Translations under genes and position numbers: made by a program
From: Obrimoposthia wandeli
Taxonomy: Eukaryota
Assembly (NCBI GenBank): GCA_977020255.1
Contig: CDROCS010000321.1
Location: 124,001-188,000 of the forward strand
Direction: 5' to 3'
Length of the DNA: 64,000 bases
The notes under the pieces: generated by a model
The model's database searches: none
What the model was told of the DNA's origin: nothing
Seen by the model: the letters and a program-made list of their open reading frames with translations, nothing else
Shown here: piece by piece, positions 28,371 through 36,867 of the stretch
Layout of the letters: each line of letters opens with the position of its first letter
How positions within the stretch are numbered: the first letter of the stretch is position 1

Positions 28371-29857
28371 TGAAAACACAACTTTTTGCCAAGCAATATC
28401 CGCTAAAACTTGATTCAATCAGTGAGGTTCGACGTTTACTGACTACTTTATGTCATCAGTTAGCGCTTGAACAAGCTGAAATAGATCGGGTCACAATAGT
28501 ATTGGCTGAATATTTGTCTAATTTGTATTTTCATAATTCCGACGCTGTTCACTGGTTTAGTATTGAACTGGCTGGTAGAAATGCTGATTGGTATTTTGCA
28601 GTGTTCGATAATGGTGATACTTTCAATCCCTATGACGTTGATACTAAAGATATATTTAATGGCGAGTTACTAACTGGTGGTATGGGGTTAGCGTTAATTC
28701 AAAAAAATAATCCTGATGGTTGTTATGTCAGTGAAAATGGCATTAATAAATTAACTTGCCCATTGAGGAAGCTGGAAAAAAAGCTAAACGTTGTCATTGT
28801 TGATGATGATCGTATTTTATTATCTGCGTATCATGCTTATCTTAAAAATGATTTTGTCGTACACATTTTTTCTGATGCATCTTTAGCGCTTAAATTTATT
28901 GCTCACGAAGGTTGTGATCTTATTATTGCCGACATACACATGCCTGAGATGTCTGGATTTGAATTCAGAAAAAAGGTTGAAGACCTTGATAAGGGCGCAT
29001 TAACACCGTTCGTATTCTTAACTGGCGATGAGAATTTATCGGTGCAAGAACAAGCTGCAGAAGTGTCTATTGACGGTTACTTAATTAAACCTATTACCAA
29101 AACATCATTACTCGCTGTTTGTAACCGGGTAATACGCAGAACTAACCAGTTAGCGCTACATTATCAACAACGAATAGTAGAGTCTCTGAGCAGACCGTTT
29201 AAGCCTTCACTACCTGCAAGTTGTAGACACTGGAATTTTGCGTTAGCACATACACCTGCGACTGAAGGAGGTGGTGACTTTGCATTTTTTCATGATTTTG
29301 GAGAGAGTCAAATTATCGTTTTGGGCGATATTATGGGGCATGGGCCTGTTGCTAAATTTCATAGTTTTGCCATCATGGGGTATTTGGAAGGGGTTGTAAC
29401 GTCGGCAGAAACATCCCCCTCGACCTTGCTTGCTGGATTATCCAATAGACTCTTTTCAAATCAGTTGTTAGAAACCAGTATGCTCACCTGTATGGTGATC
29501 AAACTGACCGATAACCAATGTGAAATCGCCACTGCAGGTCATCCTCAACCTTACTTATTGCAAGATTCTGGTTATCAAGCCATTGACTGCAAAGGAACCG
29601 TATTAGGCTTGTTACCTGATGAGCAATATTCATCGGTGATTCTGCAATTAACACCAGAGGATAAGATTTTTTGTTATTCAGACGGCATTTTTGAAAATAT
29701 TGACCGCCATTGTGACTGTATTGATAATATACTTGTTGATATCAAAGGGAAAACAGCTCAAAGTACGTTAGATAAACTGTGGTTGCGGTTTGAATCACTA
29801 TCGCCTGAACAGTTACAAGATGATGTCACTGCGCTTATTATAGATTTCAATATTTAA
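28367..29857 (+). CDS. Tri-domain partner-switching regulator: RsbW-like Ser kinase, REC and PP2C/SpoIIE phosphatase, SypE-like
   Basis: Kinase: EYLSN(52), DNG, GGMGL. REC: VDDD, D189, FLT, IKP. PP2C: GGGDF, GDIMGHG, SDG, QDD. Alternative ATG start at 28370. Confidence 0.92.
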   Translation: MMKTQLFAKQYPLKLDSISEVRRLLTTLCHQLALEQAEIDRVTIVLAEYLSNLYFHNSDAVHWFSIELAGRNADWYFAVFDNGDTFNPYDVDTKDIFNGELLTGGMGLALIQKNNPDGCYVSENGINKLTCPLRKLEKKLNVVIVDDDRILLSAYHAYLKNDFVVHIFSDASLALKFIAHEGCDLIIADIHMPEMSGFEFRKKVEDLDKGALTPFVFLTGDENLSVQEQAAEVSIDGYLIKPITKTSLLAVCNRVIRRTNQLALHYQQRIVESLSRPFKPSLPASCRHWNFALAHTPATEGGGDFAFFHDFGESQIIVLGDIMGHGPVAKFHSFAIMGYLEGVVTSAETSPSTLLAGLSNRLFSNQLLETSMLTCMVIKLTDNQCEIATAGHPQPYLLQDSGYQAIDCKGTVLGLLPDEQYSSVILQLTPEDKIFCYSDGIFENIDRHCDCIDNILVDIKGKTAQSTLDKLWLRFESLSPEQLQDDVTALIIDFNI

Positions 29858-29914
29858 CGAGCTGCAACAAGTAACGATTAGTTAAGATTATAATTTACGG
29901 TATGAGGTAATGAA

Positions 29915-30259
29915 ATGGAAAACACAGTTATAAATGAAACGGTATTCACGCAATTATTGGTTGATGTCGGAGACGAAATGTTACCGGCATTAGTTGAAGT
30001 TTTTAATGAAGAAACAACAGAGCGGATTTCAGACCTACAAGCTCTAATGGCTAATCTCGACAATGATAAAGTTGCGCAGAACTGTCACAGTATAAAAAGT
30101 AGTGCAGGAACGTATGGGGCGTTAATTGTGCAGCAACATGCTGAGGAGTTGGAAGTGATGGCAAAATCAAATAACACGGCTGACGTTCAAGTGAAATTAC
30201 CATTATTAATAAAAAGTTTAGAAGATGCGATTAGTGCGCTGACGTTAAAATGTGATTAA
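29915..30259 (+). CDS. Stand-alone Hpt phosphotransfer protein, LuxU-like
   Basis: 114 aa; CHSIKSSAGTYGA with His58; convergent with yvcK. Confidence 0.9.
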   Translation: MENTVINETVFTQLLVDVGDEMLPALVEVFNEETTERISDLQALMANLDNDKVAQNCHSIKSSAGTYGALIVQQHAEELEVMAKSNNTADVQVKLPLLIKSLEDAISALTLKCD

Positions 30260-31142
30260 CGACAGATTCGATTGCTGCTTTTAACTTTTGTCTATCGTGA
30301 TAGTTTTTATTTTCATCTTCACGTAAATCATGGGAGTAGGTCGGATAAGTTAAGTCAGATTGTTTATCTATATCCTGTATCACTGCATTAATCAGCGGAA
30401 AGCCAAGCGTATCCTCGCACCATTGTAAGCGTTCTTGCAGTGGAATCGTTGATGCTGGCCCCATCTCATGCTGTAAGTTACCTAAGTAAATTACTTTTGC
30501 GTTGGTTCTACGTAAAGCTTTTTGTATATCTTTAAGCAGAAGTGGTGGCATGATACTGGTTAGGAATGAACCTGGACCTAATAGTATAAGTTCTGCTTTT
30601 TCAATTGCCTCTACAGCTTCAAGTGTCGCTGAGACATTTGGTTGAACTGTTAATTGATTTGGAAACTCATGCATCTTATCGACAGATACTTCGCCGTGTA
30701 CATCACTGCCACAAGGCGTTACTGCAATTAAGTCACTAGGCTGTTCTGACATCGGAATCAGCTGGCATTCGACGTGTAACATATTACGAATAAGATTTAC
30801 CGCATCTAACGGGCGCACACAAAGATTATCTAATGCCACAAGCATGAGATTACCTAAGTTATGATTCTTCAGCTCACCTTCATTTTGAAAGCGATATTCA
30901 AACAATAAAGAGCCAATGTCTGGTTGAGTGACTAACTGATTTATACAATTTCGAATATCACCCCAAGCAATACAATTCTCAGAATTTCTTAGCCGACCTG
31001 TTGAACCACCATTGTCGGTTGTTGTTACAATACCCGTTAATCTTGGCCCTAAAAAGGAAAGTGAAGACAGCACTCGTCCGAGTCCATGACCACCGCCAAT
31101 AGCGACAACTTTATTAAGATCTGAAAGTGATTTTTGCAACAT
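30231..31142 (-). CDS. yvcK: YvcK/YbhK (CofD-related, UDP-GlcNAc-binding) family protein
   Basis: VVAIGGGHGL, TTTDNGGSTGRLR, HNLGNL and GPGSFLTSI motifs; start taken at ATG 31142. Confidence 0.95.
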   Translation of the reverse strand: MLQKSLSDLNKVVAIGGGHGLGRVLSSLSFLGPRLTGIVTTTDNGGSTGRLRNSENCIAWGDIRNCINQLVTQPDIGSLLFEYRFQNEGELKNHNLGNLMLVALDNLCVRPLDAVNLIRNMLHVECQLIPMSEQPSDLIAVTPCGSDVHGEVSVDKMHEFPNQLTVQPNVSATLEAVEAIEKAELILLGPGSFLTSIMPPLLLKDIQKALRRTNAKVIYLGNLQHEMGPASTIPLQERLQWCEDTLGFPLINAVIQDIDKQSDLTYPTYSHDLREDENKNYHDRQKLKAAIESVVNHILTSAH

Positions 31143-31294
31143 AGGATGAATCAAAATTAAGTAAAGTAGATAACATCATCATATCTTGAAATAAATTATT
31201 TTGATAATTAAGTTAGCTTTATTTGACGAATTAATAAGCAAAATTTAAATGATTTCGTTGTTTTGAGTTATCAGACAGCTATTTATCAAAATGT

Positions 31295-31876
31295 TTATAT
31301 GGGCATTAACTCTTTAAGTATTGCAACAGTGCTATTGCAATCAGGCTGTTGCAATAAAAGTTGTTTTTCTGAGACTGAAAGTGGTAATAGTTCTATCCAA
31401 CGTTGTGAAACCCAACTTATATTGGCCATTTCTTTTAATGTATAAAGTTGATTTATATCTGCGTGTTGGACATATATTTCTTCTAATTTTTCAGCTAAAT
31501 AATATTCTTTTGGGGTTATTTTTTGATCGGGCCAGTTGCTGATGTAGTGGACGTTAGCCTTTTTTAAACCATCAGACTCAGTGGTTATATCGTCGATAAT
31601 AAAACGCCGACTACCTTCAACATTAATGCCAAGAAAACCATCATCTAGGGTATAAAAATCAATAATTTCAACGTGAGTGCCAATCGATGATATACGTCCA
31701 AAGGGTCCGTTTTGGTTAGGGTCGATCATGACAACACCAAATCCACTCATTGCTTTAGTACTTTCTTTGATCATCCGAATATAGCGTTCTTCTATGATGC
31801 GTAAAGGTAGTCTACCATGAGGTAAAATATGGGATGTTAATGGCAGTAATGCGAGTTGGGTAGTTTGCAAGAGCAA
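31295..31876 (-). CDS. LON peptidase substrate-binding (N-terminal) domain protein, stand-alone
   Basis: LALLPL...ILPHGRLPLRIIEERYIRM, FGVV, GINVEGSRRF and KQLLL motifs; no protease domain. Confidence 0.88.
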   Translation of the reverse strand: MLLQTTQLALLPLTSHILPHGRLPLRIIEERYIRMIKESTKAMSGFGVVMIDPNQNGPFGRISSIGTHVEIIDFYTLDDGFLGINVEGSRRFIIDDITTESDGLKKANVHYISNWPDQKITPKEYYLAEKLEEIYVQHADINQLYTLKEMANISWVSQRWIELLPLSVSEKQLLLQQPDCNSTVAILKELMPI

Positions 31877-31963
31877 GCCTTAGTCATTGGAAGTATAACT
31901 AATGATAGCCTTGTTTAAAGAGTCTGCACTGCGGAATGAAGTTGATCGAAGATTGGATTGGAA

Positions 31964-32007
31964 AATAGAAGTGAAAATATGACGAGATCACTATTTTCAC
32001 TTCTATT
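31964..32007 (-). terminator. Long hairpin, probable terminator after narP
   Basis: Perfect 16-bp inverted repeat AATAGAAGTGAAAATA / TATTTTCACTTCTATT with a 12-nt loop. Confidence 0.75.
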
Positions 32008-32025
32008 AATTGATTGTGTAGTTGA

Positions 32026-32673
32026 TTATGCGCTTGTTTTATTGAACTCAAGATACATAACAGCAGCTTCAACACGTGAGCTTGCTTCTAATTTTTTCAA
32101 TAGACTCTTAACGTGAACCTTCACTGTACCTTCTGAAATGTGTAAGTTACTTGCAACATGCTTGTTGCTATAACCTTTTGAAATTTCTAGTAAGATTTGG
32201 TTTTCACGTTTAGTTAGCTTAGCCAACTTTTCTGCAAAGTTATTATCTTCATGCAGACAGTCTAAATAGCCAAGTAAGCTTTCTGAAAGCGCTTGCTGCC
32301 CAGATAATACATCTTGAAGTTGTGCTAATAAAAGATCAGGTTCTGAATCTTTTAATAAGTAACCATCAGCACCCGCATTGATTAAACGGATCACATCTTG
32401 TTTGTTATCAGAAACAGTTAAAATAACAACGCGCGAGCTTAATTCTTCTGCTCGAAGTGCTTTTAACGTATCGAGTCCTGACATACCTTTCATGTTCAAA
32501 TCAAGTAATACCAGATCCGGTTCATGTTGTTTAGCAAGAGTGATAGCTTCCACACCATCGCTGGCTTCACCAATCACATTGAACTTTTCTTCTAGTGAAA
32601 GTAGTTGAACAATGCCTTTACGCATTAGTGGGTGATCATCAACAACTAATATTGTGTAACTATTCTCATGCAT
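32026..32673 (-). CDS. narP: Nitrate/nitrite response regulator NarP (start moved to ATG 32673)
   Basis: VDDHPLMRKG and LLDLNMKGMSGLDTL match NarP rather than NarL; ATGCATGA overlap with the sensor gene. Confidence 0.9.
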   Translation of the reverse strand: MHENSYTILVVDDHPLMRKGIVQLLSLEEKFNVIGEASDGVEAITLAKQHEPDLVLLDLNMKGMSGLDTLKALRAEELSSRVVILTVSDNKQDVIRLINAGADGYLLKDSEPDLLLAQLQDVLSGQQALSESLLGYLDCLHEDNNFAEKLAKLTKRENQILLEISKGYSNKHVASNLHISEGTVKVHVKSLLKKLEASSRVEAAVMYLEFNKTSA

Positions 32674-34384
32674 GTTTGTTTTCCCTGTCGAAGGTGAGTA
32701 ATACCAAGGTGCCATTTGTTATATTATTTTTAATTTCTAGTTTAGCACCTAGTTTTGAAGCGCGTTCTCCCATTATGCTTAAACCATAATGGTTGGATTT
32801 TACTGGATTGGCTGGAATGCCGTTTCCATTATCCGAAATAGATACTTCAATAGTACCATTTTTATTCGTGCCACAGTCAATTATTATTTCATCTGAATCG
32901 GCATGTTTGATGGAATTTAATACAGCTTCTCGTATGATTTGGAGAATATGTATATGTTGGTTGGGTTTAAATAAATGTTCTTCTAATTCATAGCTTAGAT
33001 GAATTTTGGTCGGAGTGCGCTGACGTAACTGTGCAAGCATGATCGAAATTGCTTCAGATAAGTTAGCATCGTCGAGTGTTAACCTAAATGTATTCAGCAA
33101 TTCTCTTAATTGCGTATAAGACAATCTTAGGTTGGTATCTATTTCTTCGACAATTTCATTGGTTGTCACGGAGATCTCTTGATTCTTTAAATGTCGTTTC
33201 AGTAACGCCACTTGAATTTTTAAATAGGACAGGGCTTGGGCAAGTGAATCATGTAATTCACGGGCAATAACGGCGCGTTCTTCCATTAATAGTGAGCGCT
33301 GGGCTTCTAAATTACTTTGAGAACGATGTTGGGCACGCGAAATAATACGGCAATAACTGCTTAGATGATCTTGGTCGGTCGCTTCTCGTTGTAAGACCGT
33401 TAATGTACCAAAAGATTGTTCTTCGAGTTCCAACCTTAAATCAATTGTTTGTTCACCGTTATCTGAGCCCGCATTGAGGTAGATCGTCTCTACTTCTGAA
33501 CCCGTTAGTACCAGTTTATAAAAGCTAAGGCCATTGAGCGCTGAAACACTCTGTAGTGTTTGTTCTAACATGTCGGCGTTGAGGTGTGTTACATGTAATT
33601 TTTGCGATGTGGTATATAAAAAATTAATCTTATCTTTGGCTTCTTTCAACTGTTTTGTTTTCGCGTCAACTTGTTGTTCTAGCGTGCTGTATAGCTGATT
33701 TAAGTCATTAGCCATGTGCGAAATGTTACTCGCCAATGAACCAATTTCATTCTCATAAACAAAATCAAACGAGACATCAAACTCACCGCGTCTAATTTGA
33801 TTTGATGCGGTGAATATTTGTTGTAATGGCTTTAAAACCTGCACTTGCATTAGGCGAATGGTGATAATACAGACCGCGAAAATAAGACCGATACCCAGTC
33901 CTTTAATAAGCGTAATAATTTTAACTTTATATTCGGAGTGGTTTTGTAGATTTTGCACAAAAGTATCAATTTGTAATACAAACTCATCAACATTGCTCAA
34001 GAATAGGTCAGGGTTATCACTGTGTAGAATGTCAGACTGTATTTGCCAGTCGGTCTCCACTGTCATGAATTCTTGTTTTAACTTTGAGGTGATGTCCCAA
34101 TTATCGACTATATTATTTTTAATGTGAGCCAGTGATTGATTAAAAGTATCAATATGAACCTGACGTTTGACCTCTGACTCATCGATGGATAAATTATAAG
34201 CAATTTGATAACTTTGCATTCTTAATGCGCCGGCTTTATTGATAGACGCTGCATCAGACAGGCTGAGTGACAACGCGACTAATGAAATAAAGGTTAGTAA
34301 TGAAGCAAGTGCTAGTATGCTAAACATACCACGGCCGATTAAAATGATAATAGACTGATGGGAAGGGATTATATTTTTTATCAT
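32666..34384 (-). CDS. narQ: Nitrate/nitrite sensor kinase NarQ
   Basis: P-box DAASINKAGALRMQSY, HAMP domain and H-box EERAVIARELHDSLAQ. Confidence 0.92.
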   Translation of the reverse strand: MIKNIIPSHQSIIILIGRGMFSILALASLLTFISLVALSLSLSDAASINKAGALRMQSYQIAYNLSIDESEVKRQVHIDTFNQSLAHIKNNIVDNWDITSKLKQEFMTVETDWQIQSDILHSDNPDLFLSNVDEFVLQIDTFVQNLQNHSEYKVKIITLIKGLGIGLIFAVCIITIRLMQVQVLKPLQQIFTASNQIRRGEFDVSFDFVYENEIGSLASNISHMANDLNQLYSTLEQQVDAKTKQLKEAKDKINFLYTTSQKLHVTHLNADMLEQTLQSVSALNGLSFYKLVLTGSEVETIYLNAGSDNGEQTIDLRLELEEQSFGTLTVLQREATDQDHLSSYCRIISRAQHRSQSNLEAQRSLLMEERAVIARELHDSLAQALSYLKIQVALLKRHLKNQEISVTTNEIVEEIDTNLRLSYTQLRELLNTFRLTLDDANLSEAISIMLAQLRQRTPTKIHLSYELEEHLFKPNQHIHILQIIREAVLNSIKHADSDEIIIDCGTNKNGTIEVSISDNGNGIPANPVKSNHYGLSIMGERASKLGAKLEIKNNITNGTLVLLTFDRENKHA

Positions 34385-34442
34385 AGAAGTCTTACTATTT
34401 AGTTAATTAAGCTGTGGATTAGCCTATAATTTACAGGGCAAT

Positions 34443-34456
34443 TTAATTTCGATCAA
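34443..34456. promoter_or_regulatory. Candidate FNR site in the narQ-moaA divergent region
   Basis: TTAAT-TTCG-ATCAA, one mismatch to TTGAT-N4-ATCAA. Confidence 0.55.
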
Positions 34457-34552
34457 TGATTTATCATTTTCTACTATAATTACCTGTACCTATCCCTTTA
34501 AATTTACTAAAAAATAGTTTAAGTTTAACGACCATAAAATTTAATATAACTC

Positions 34553-34680
34553 AAACTCCGATCCTTAATGATCTAAATTTATAAATTTAAATATGATATT
34601 AAGGACTCATAGCATTCGAAATTGCTATAAGGGTTTAATCAGAAATGATTAGGCCTCCCGTATTTGGAAAGGTGTTTATG
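34553..34680 (+). ncRNA. Moco (molybdenum cofactor) riboswitch / RNA motif in the moaA leader
   Basis: The 3' part GAAATGATTAGGCCTCCCGTATTTGGAAAGGTGTTTATG is nearly identical to the E. coli moaA leader as I recall it. Stems TCCTTAAT/ATTAAGGA and ATAGCA/TGCTAT are visible, and 5' AAACTCC pairs over the RBS. Confidence 0.88.
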
Positions 34681-35655
34681 CAACTTCAAGATCAGTTTTC
34701 GCGTAAATTTTATTATTTACGCCTATCAATTACAGACGTCTGTAATTTCAAATGTAACTATTGCTTACCAGATGGCTATAAAGCCGACGGTAAACCTGAA
34801 TTTTTAGGGCGTGACGAATTACGTCGTATTGTTACCGGGTTTGCTGAAATGGGCACTGAAAAAGTCCGTATTACTGGTGGTGAACCTTCATTAAGAAAAG
34901 ACTTCACGGATATCATCTCAGACATCGCTGCGATCCCTAAAATTAATAAGGTCGCGACAACCACTAACGGTTTTAATCTAGAAAAGTATGCGCAACAATG
35001 GCGTGATGCTGGACTTGATGCAATAAATGTCAGTATCGACAGTTTAGATGCTCGCATGTTTCGCCAGATTACCGGTAAGAATATGTTCCACAAAGTGATG
35101 GCCGGTCTAGATGCCGCTTTTACTGCTGGATTTGAAACCGTTAAAGTCAATACGGTATTGATGCGCAATTTAAATGATATTGAATTAGATGATTTTTTAA
35201 ATTGGATCAAAACCAGACCCATTCAATTACGTTTTATTGAGTTAATGCAGACTGGTGATAATCAGGCATTGTTTGATAAACACCACGTATCCGGTGCAAG
35301 TATTCGTGACAAGTTGATATTACAAGGTTGGGTAAGTAAAGTCAGAGGTAAGGCCGATGGGCCTGCGCAAGTCTTTATTCATCCTGACTATGTTGGTGAA
35401 ATTGGCTTGATTATGCCTTATGAGAAGAACTTTTGTTCGACTTGTAACCGTTTACGTGTATCCACTAAAGGGCGCTTACATCTGTGTTTATTTGGTGAGG
35501 CGGGTGTTGAGTTACGTGATCTAGTGCAAGATGATAATCAACAGCAAGCATTGATAAATCGGGTTGTTGAGCATATGTCAGATAAAAAATCGACTCATTT
35601 CCTACAAGATGGTTTCACCGCGAATACACCTCATTTAGCATCAATTGGTGGTTAA
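34678..35655 (+). CDS. moaA: GTP 3',8-cyclase (start moved to ATG 34678)
   Basis: Radical [18 protein letters not shown]-terminal FCSTCNRLR...LCL and a terminal IGG. Confidence 0.98.
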   Translation: MQLQDQFSRKFYYLRLSITDVCNFKCNYCLPDGYKADGKPEFLGRDELRRIVTGFAEMGTEKVRITGGEPSLRKDFTDIISDIAAIPKINKVATTTNGFNLEKYAQQWRDAGLDAINVSIDSLDARMFRQITGKNMFHKVMAGLDAAFTAGFETVKVNTVLMRNLNDIELDDFLNWIKTRPIQLRFIELMQTGDNQALFDKHHVSGASIRDKLILQGWVSKVRGKADGPAQVFIHPDYVGEIGLIMPYEKNFCSTCNRLRVSTKGRLHLCLFGEAGVELRDLVQDDNQQQALINRVVEHMSDKKSTHFLQDGFTANTPHLASIGG

Positions 35656-35719
35656 TCATCCAAATAGATAAGTAGTTATCCTTCCTGTATCTCTTTTTTT
35701 TTATTTTTCTATTTTTAAA

Positions 35720-35752
35720 TAATATAGCGTAATACAAGCTTACGCTATATTA
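35720..35752. terminator. 13-bp perfect inverted repeat after moaA
   Basis: TAATATAGCGTAA-tacaagc-TTACGCTATATTA. Confidence 0.55.
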
Positions 35753-35908
35753 AATCCCCACAATAAAGGCACCTAGTGCAACTGTGAGCTATAATTCTAA
35801 GCATTTATTGTCACAATTTGTCACATTTAGCCTTTGCTTATCATAAATAGCCACAAAGCGTCATAAGTTACATTTGTAAATACGTAAATTGTATTTAAGA
35901 ACCATTTG

Positions 35909-35922
35909 TTGATCTAAATTAT
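35909..35922. promoter_or_regulatory. Candidate FNR site upstream of napF
   Basis: TTGAT-CTAA-ATTAT: perfect left half, two mismatches in the right half. Confidence 0.5.
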
Positions 35923-35935
35923 GTTTTTAGTCGCT

Positions 35936-35951
35936 TATCTATTAAGGAGTA
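35936..35951. promoter_or_regulatory. NarP/NarL 7-2-7 site upstream of napF
   Basis: TATCTAT-TA-AGGAGTA, one mismatch to TACYYMT-N2-AKRRGTA. Confidence 0.65.
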
Positions 35952-36056
35952 TTTTCGGCTGGCACTATATGTATCATCATGAAACAAATATCTTTTAGAC
36001 CGATGTGCGTTTTTAAATTTCACATTTAGAGATGAATTATTTCACAAGGTAGTTTT

Positions 36057-36539
36057 ATGAGTATTAATCTGGCACGACGTTCGTTATTTCGTCGTAAAGA
36101 ACAAAGTGATGTTGTACGCCTACCTTGGTTAAAAGCAGATTTAGACTTTACAGAAAAGTGTACACGTTGTGGTGATTGCACCGCTGCTTGCCCAGAGCAA
36201 ATAATAATTGTCGGTGACGGTGGTTTTCCTGAAATTGATTTTAGCGTATCGGAATGCAATTTTTGTAAAGAATGTGTAAATCACTGTAAAGAAGATTTGT
36301 TTGATTTAACACAACAACAAGCATGGGCGAATAAAGCTACTATTTCAAATAGCTGCTTGAATCTTGAGTCAGTATATTGCCGAAGTTGTGCAGAATCATG
36401 CGAAACTGAAGCGCTGGTATTTAATTTTACTAGTACTACATTTGTCAGCCCCGATGTTGTATTAGATGATTGTAACGGTTGTGGCGCTTGCGTGTCTATT
36501 TGTCCTGTAAATGCAATTTCAGTGACAGCTAATCGTTAA
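36057..36539 (+). CDS. napF: Ferredoxin-type protein NapF
   Basis: RRSLF, RLPW and four CxxC-rich 4Fe-4S motifs. Confidence 0.96.
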   Translation: MSINLARRSLFRRKEQSDVVRLPWLKADLDFTEKCTRCGDCTAACPEQIIIVGDGGFPEIDFSVSECNFCKECVNHCKEDLFDLTQQQAWANKATISNSCLNLESVYCRSCAESCETEALVFNFTSTTFVSPDVVLDDCNGCGACVSICPVNAISVTANR

Positions 36540-36594
36540 ATTTAGTTATTAAGAATACGTTTTATAAAAATTATAATAATTATAAGGTCATAAA

Positions 36595-36867
36595 ATGGCA
36601 GAACAAGAAGTACATATCTCAAGTTTAATTATTCACGTGAAACCAGAACATTTGGTTGAAGTGAAGAATAAAATCTCAGCTTTCCCTGATGCTGAAATTT
36701 ACGGTGATAGTGAAGAGGGTAAAATTATTGTCGTATTAGAAACGAGTAATCAAAAATTTGTTACCGATATTATTGATAAAATCAATAATCTGGAACATGT
36801 CTTAAGTACTTCTCTTGTTTTTCATCAAATTGAAACTATCGATCCATCATGTGAGGATGATCTATGA
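36595..36867 (+). CDS. napD: NapA signal-peptide chaperone NapD
   Basis: [19 protein letters not shown] and SLVFHQ motifs. Confidence 0.95.
   Translation: MAEQEVHISSLIIHVKPEHLVEVKNKISAFPDAEIYGDSEEGKIIVVLETSNQKFVTDIIDKINNLEHVLSTSLVFHQIETIDPSCEDDL

Noticed and set aside
35960-35975. TGGCAC upstream of napF as a sigma-54 -24 box
   Set aside because: There is no TTGC/GC at the -12 position (it reads GTAT); the FNR/NarP sigma-70 model fits better.
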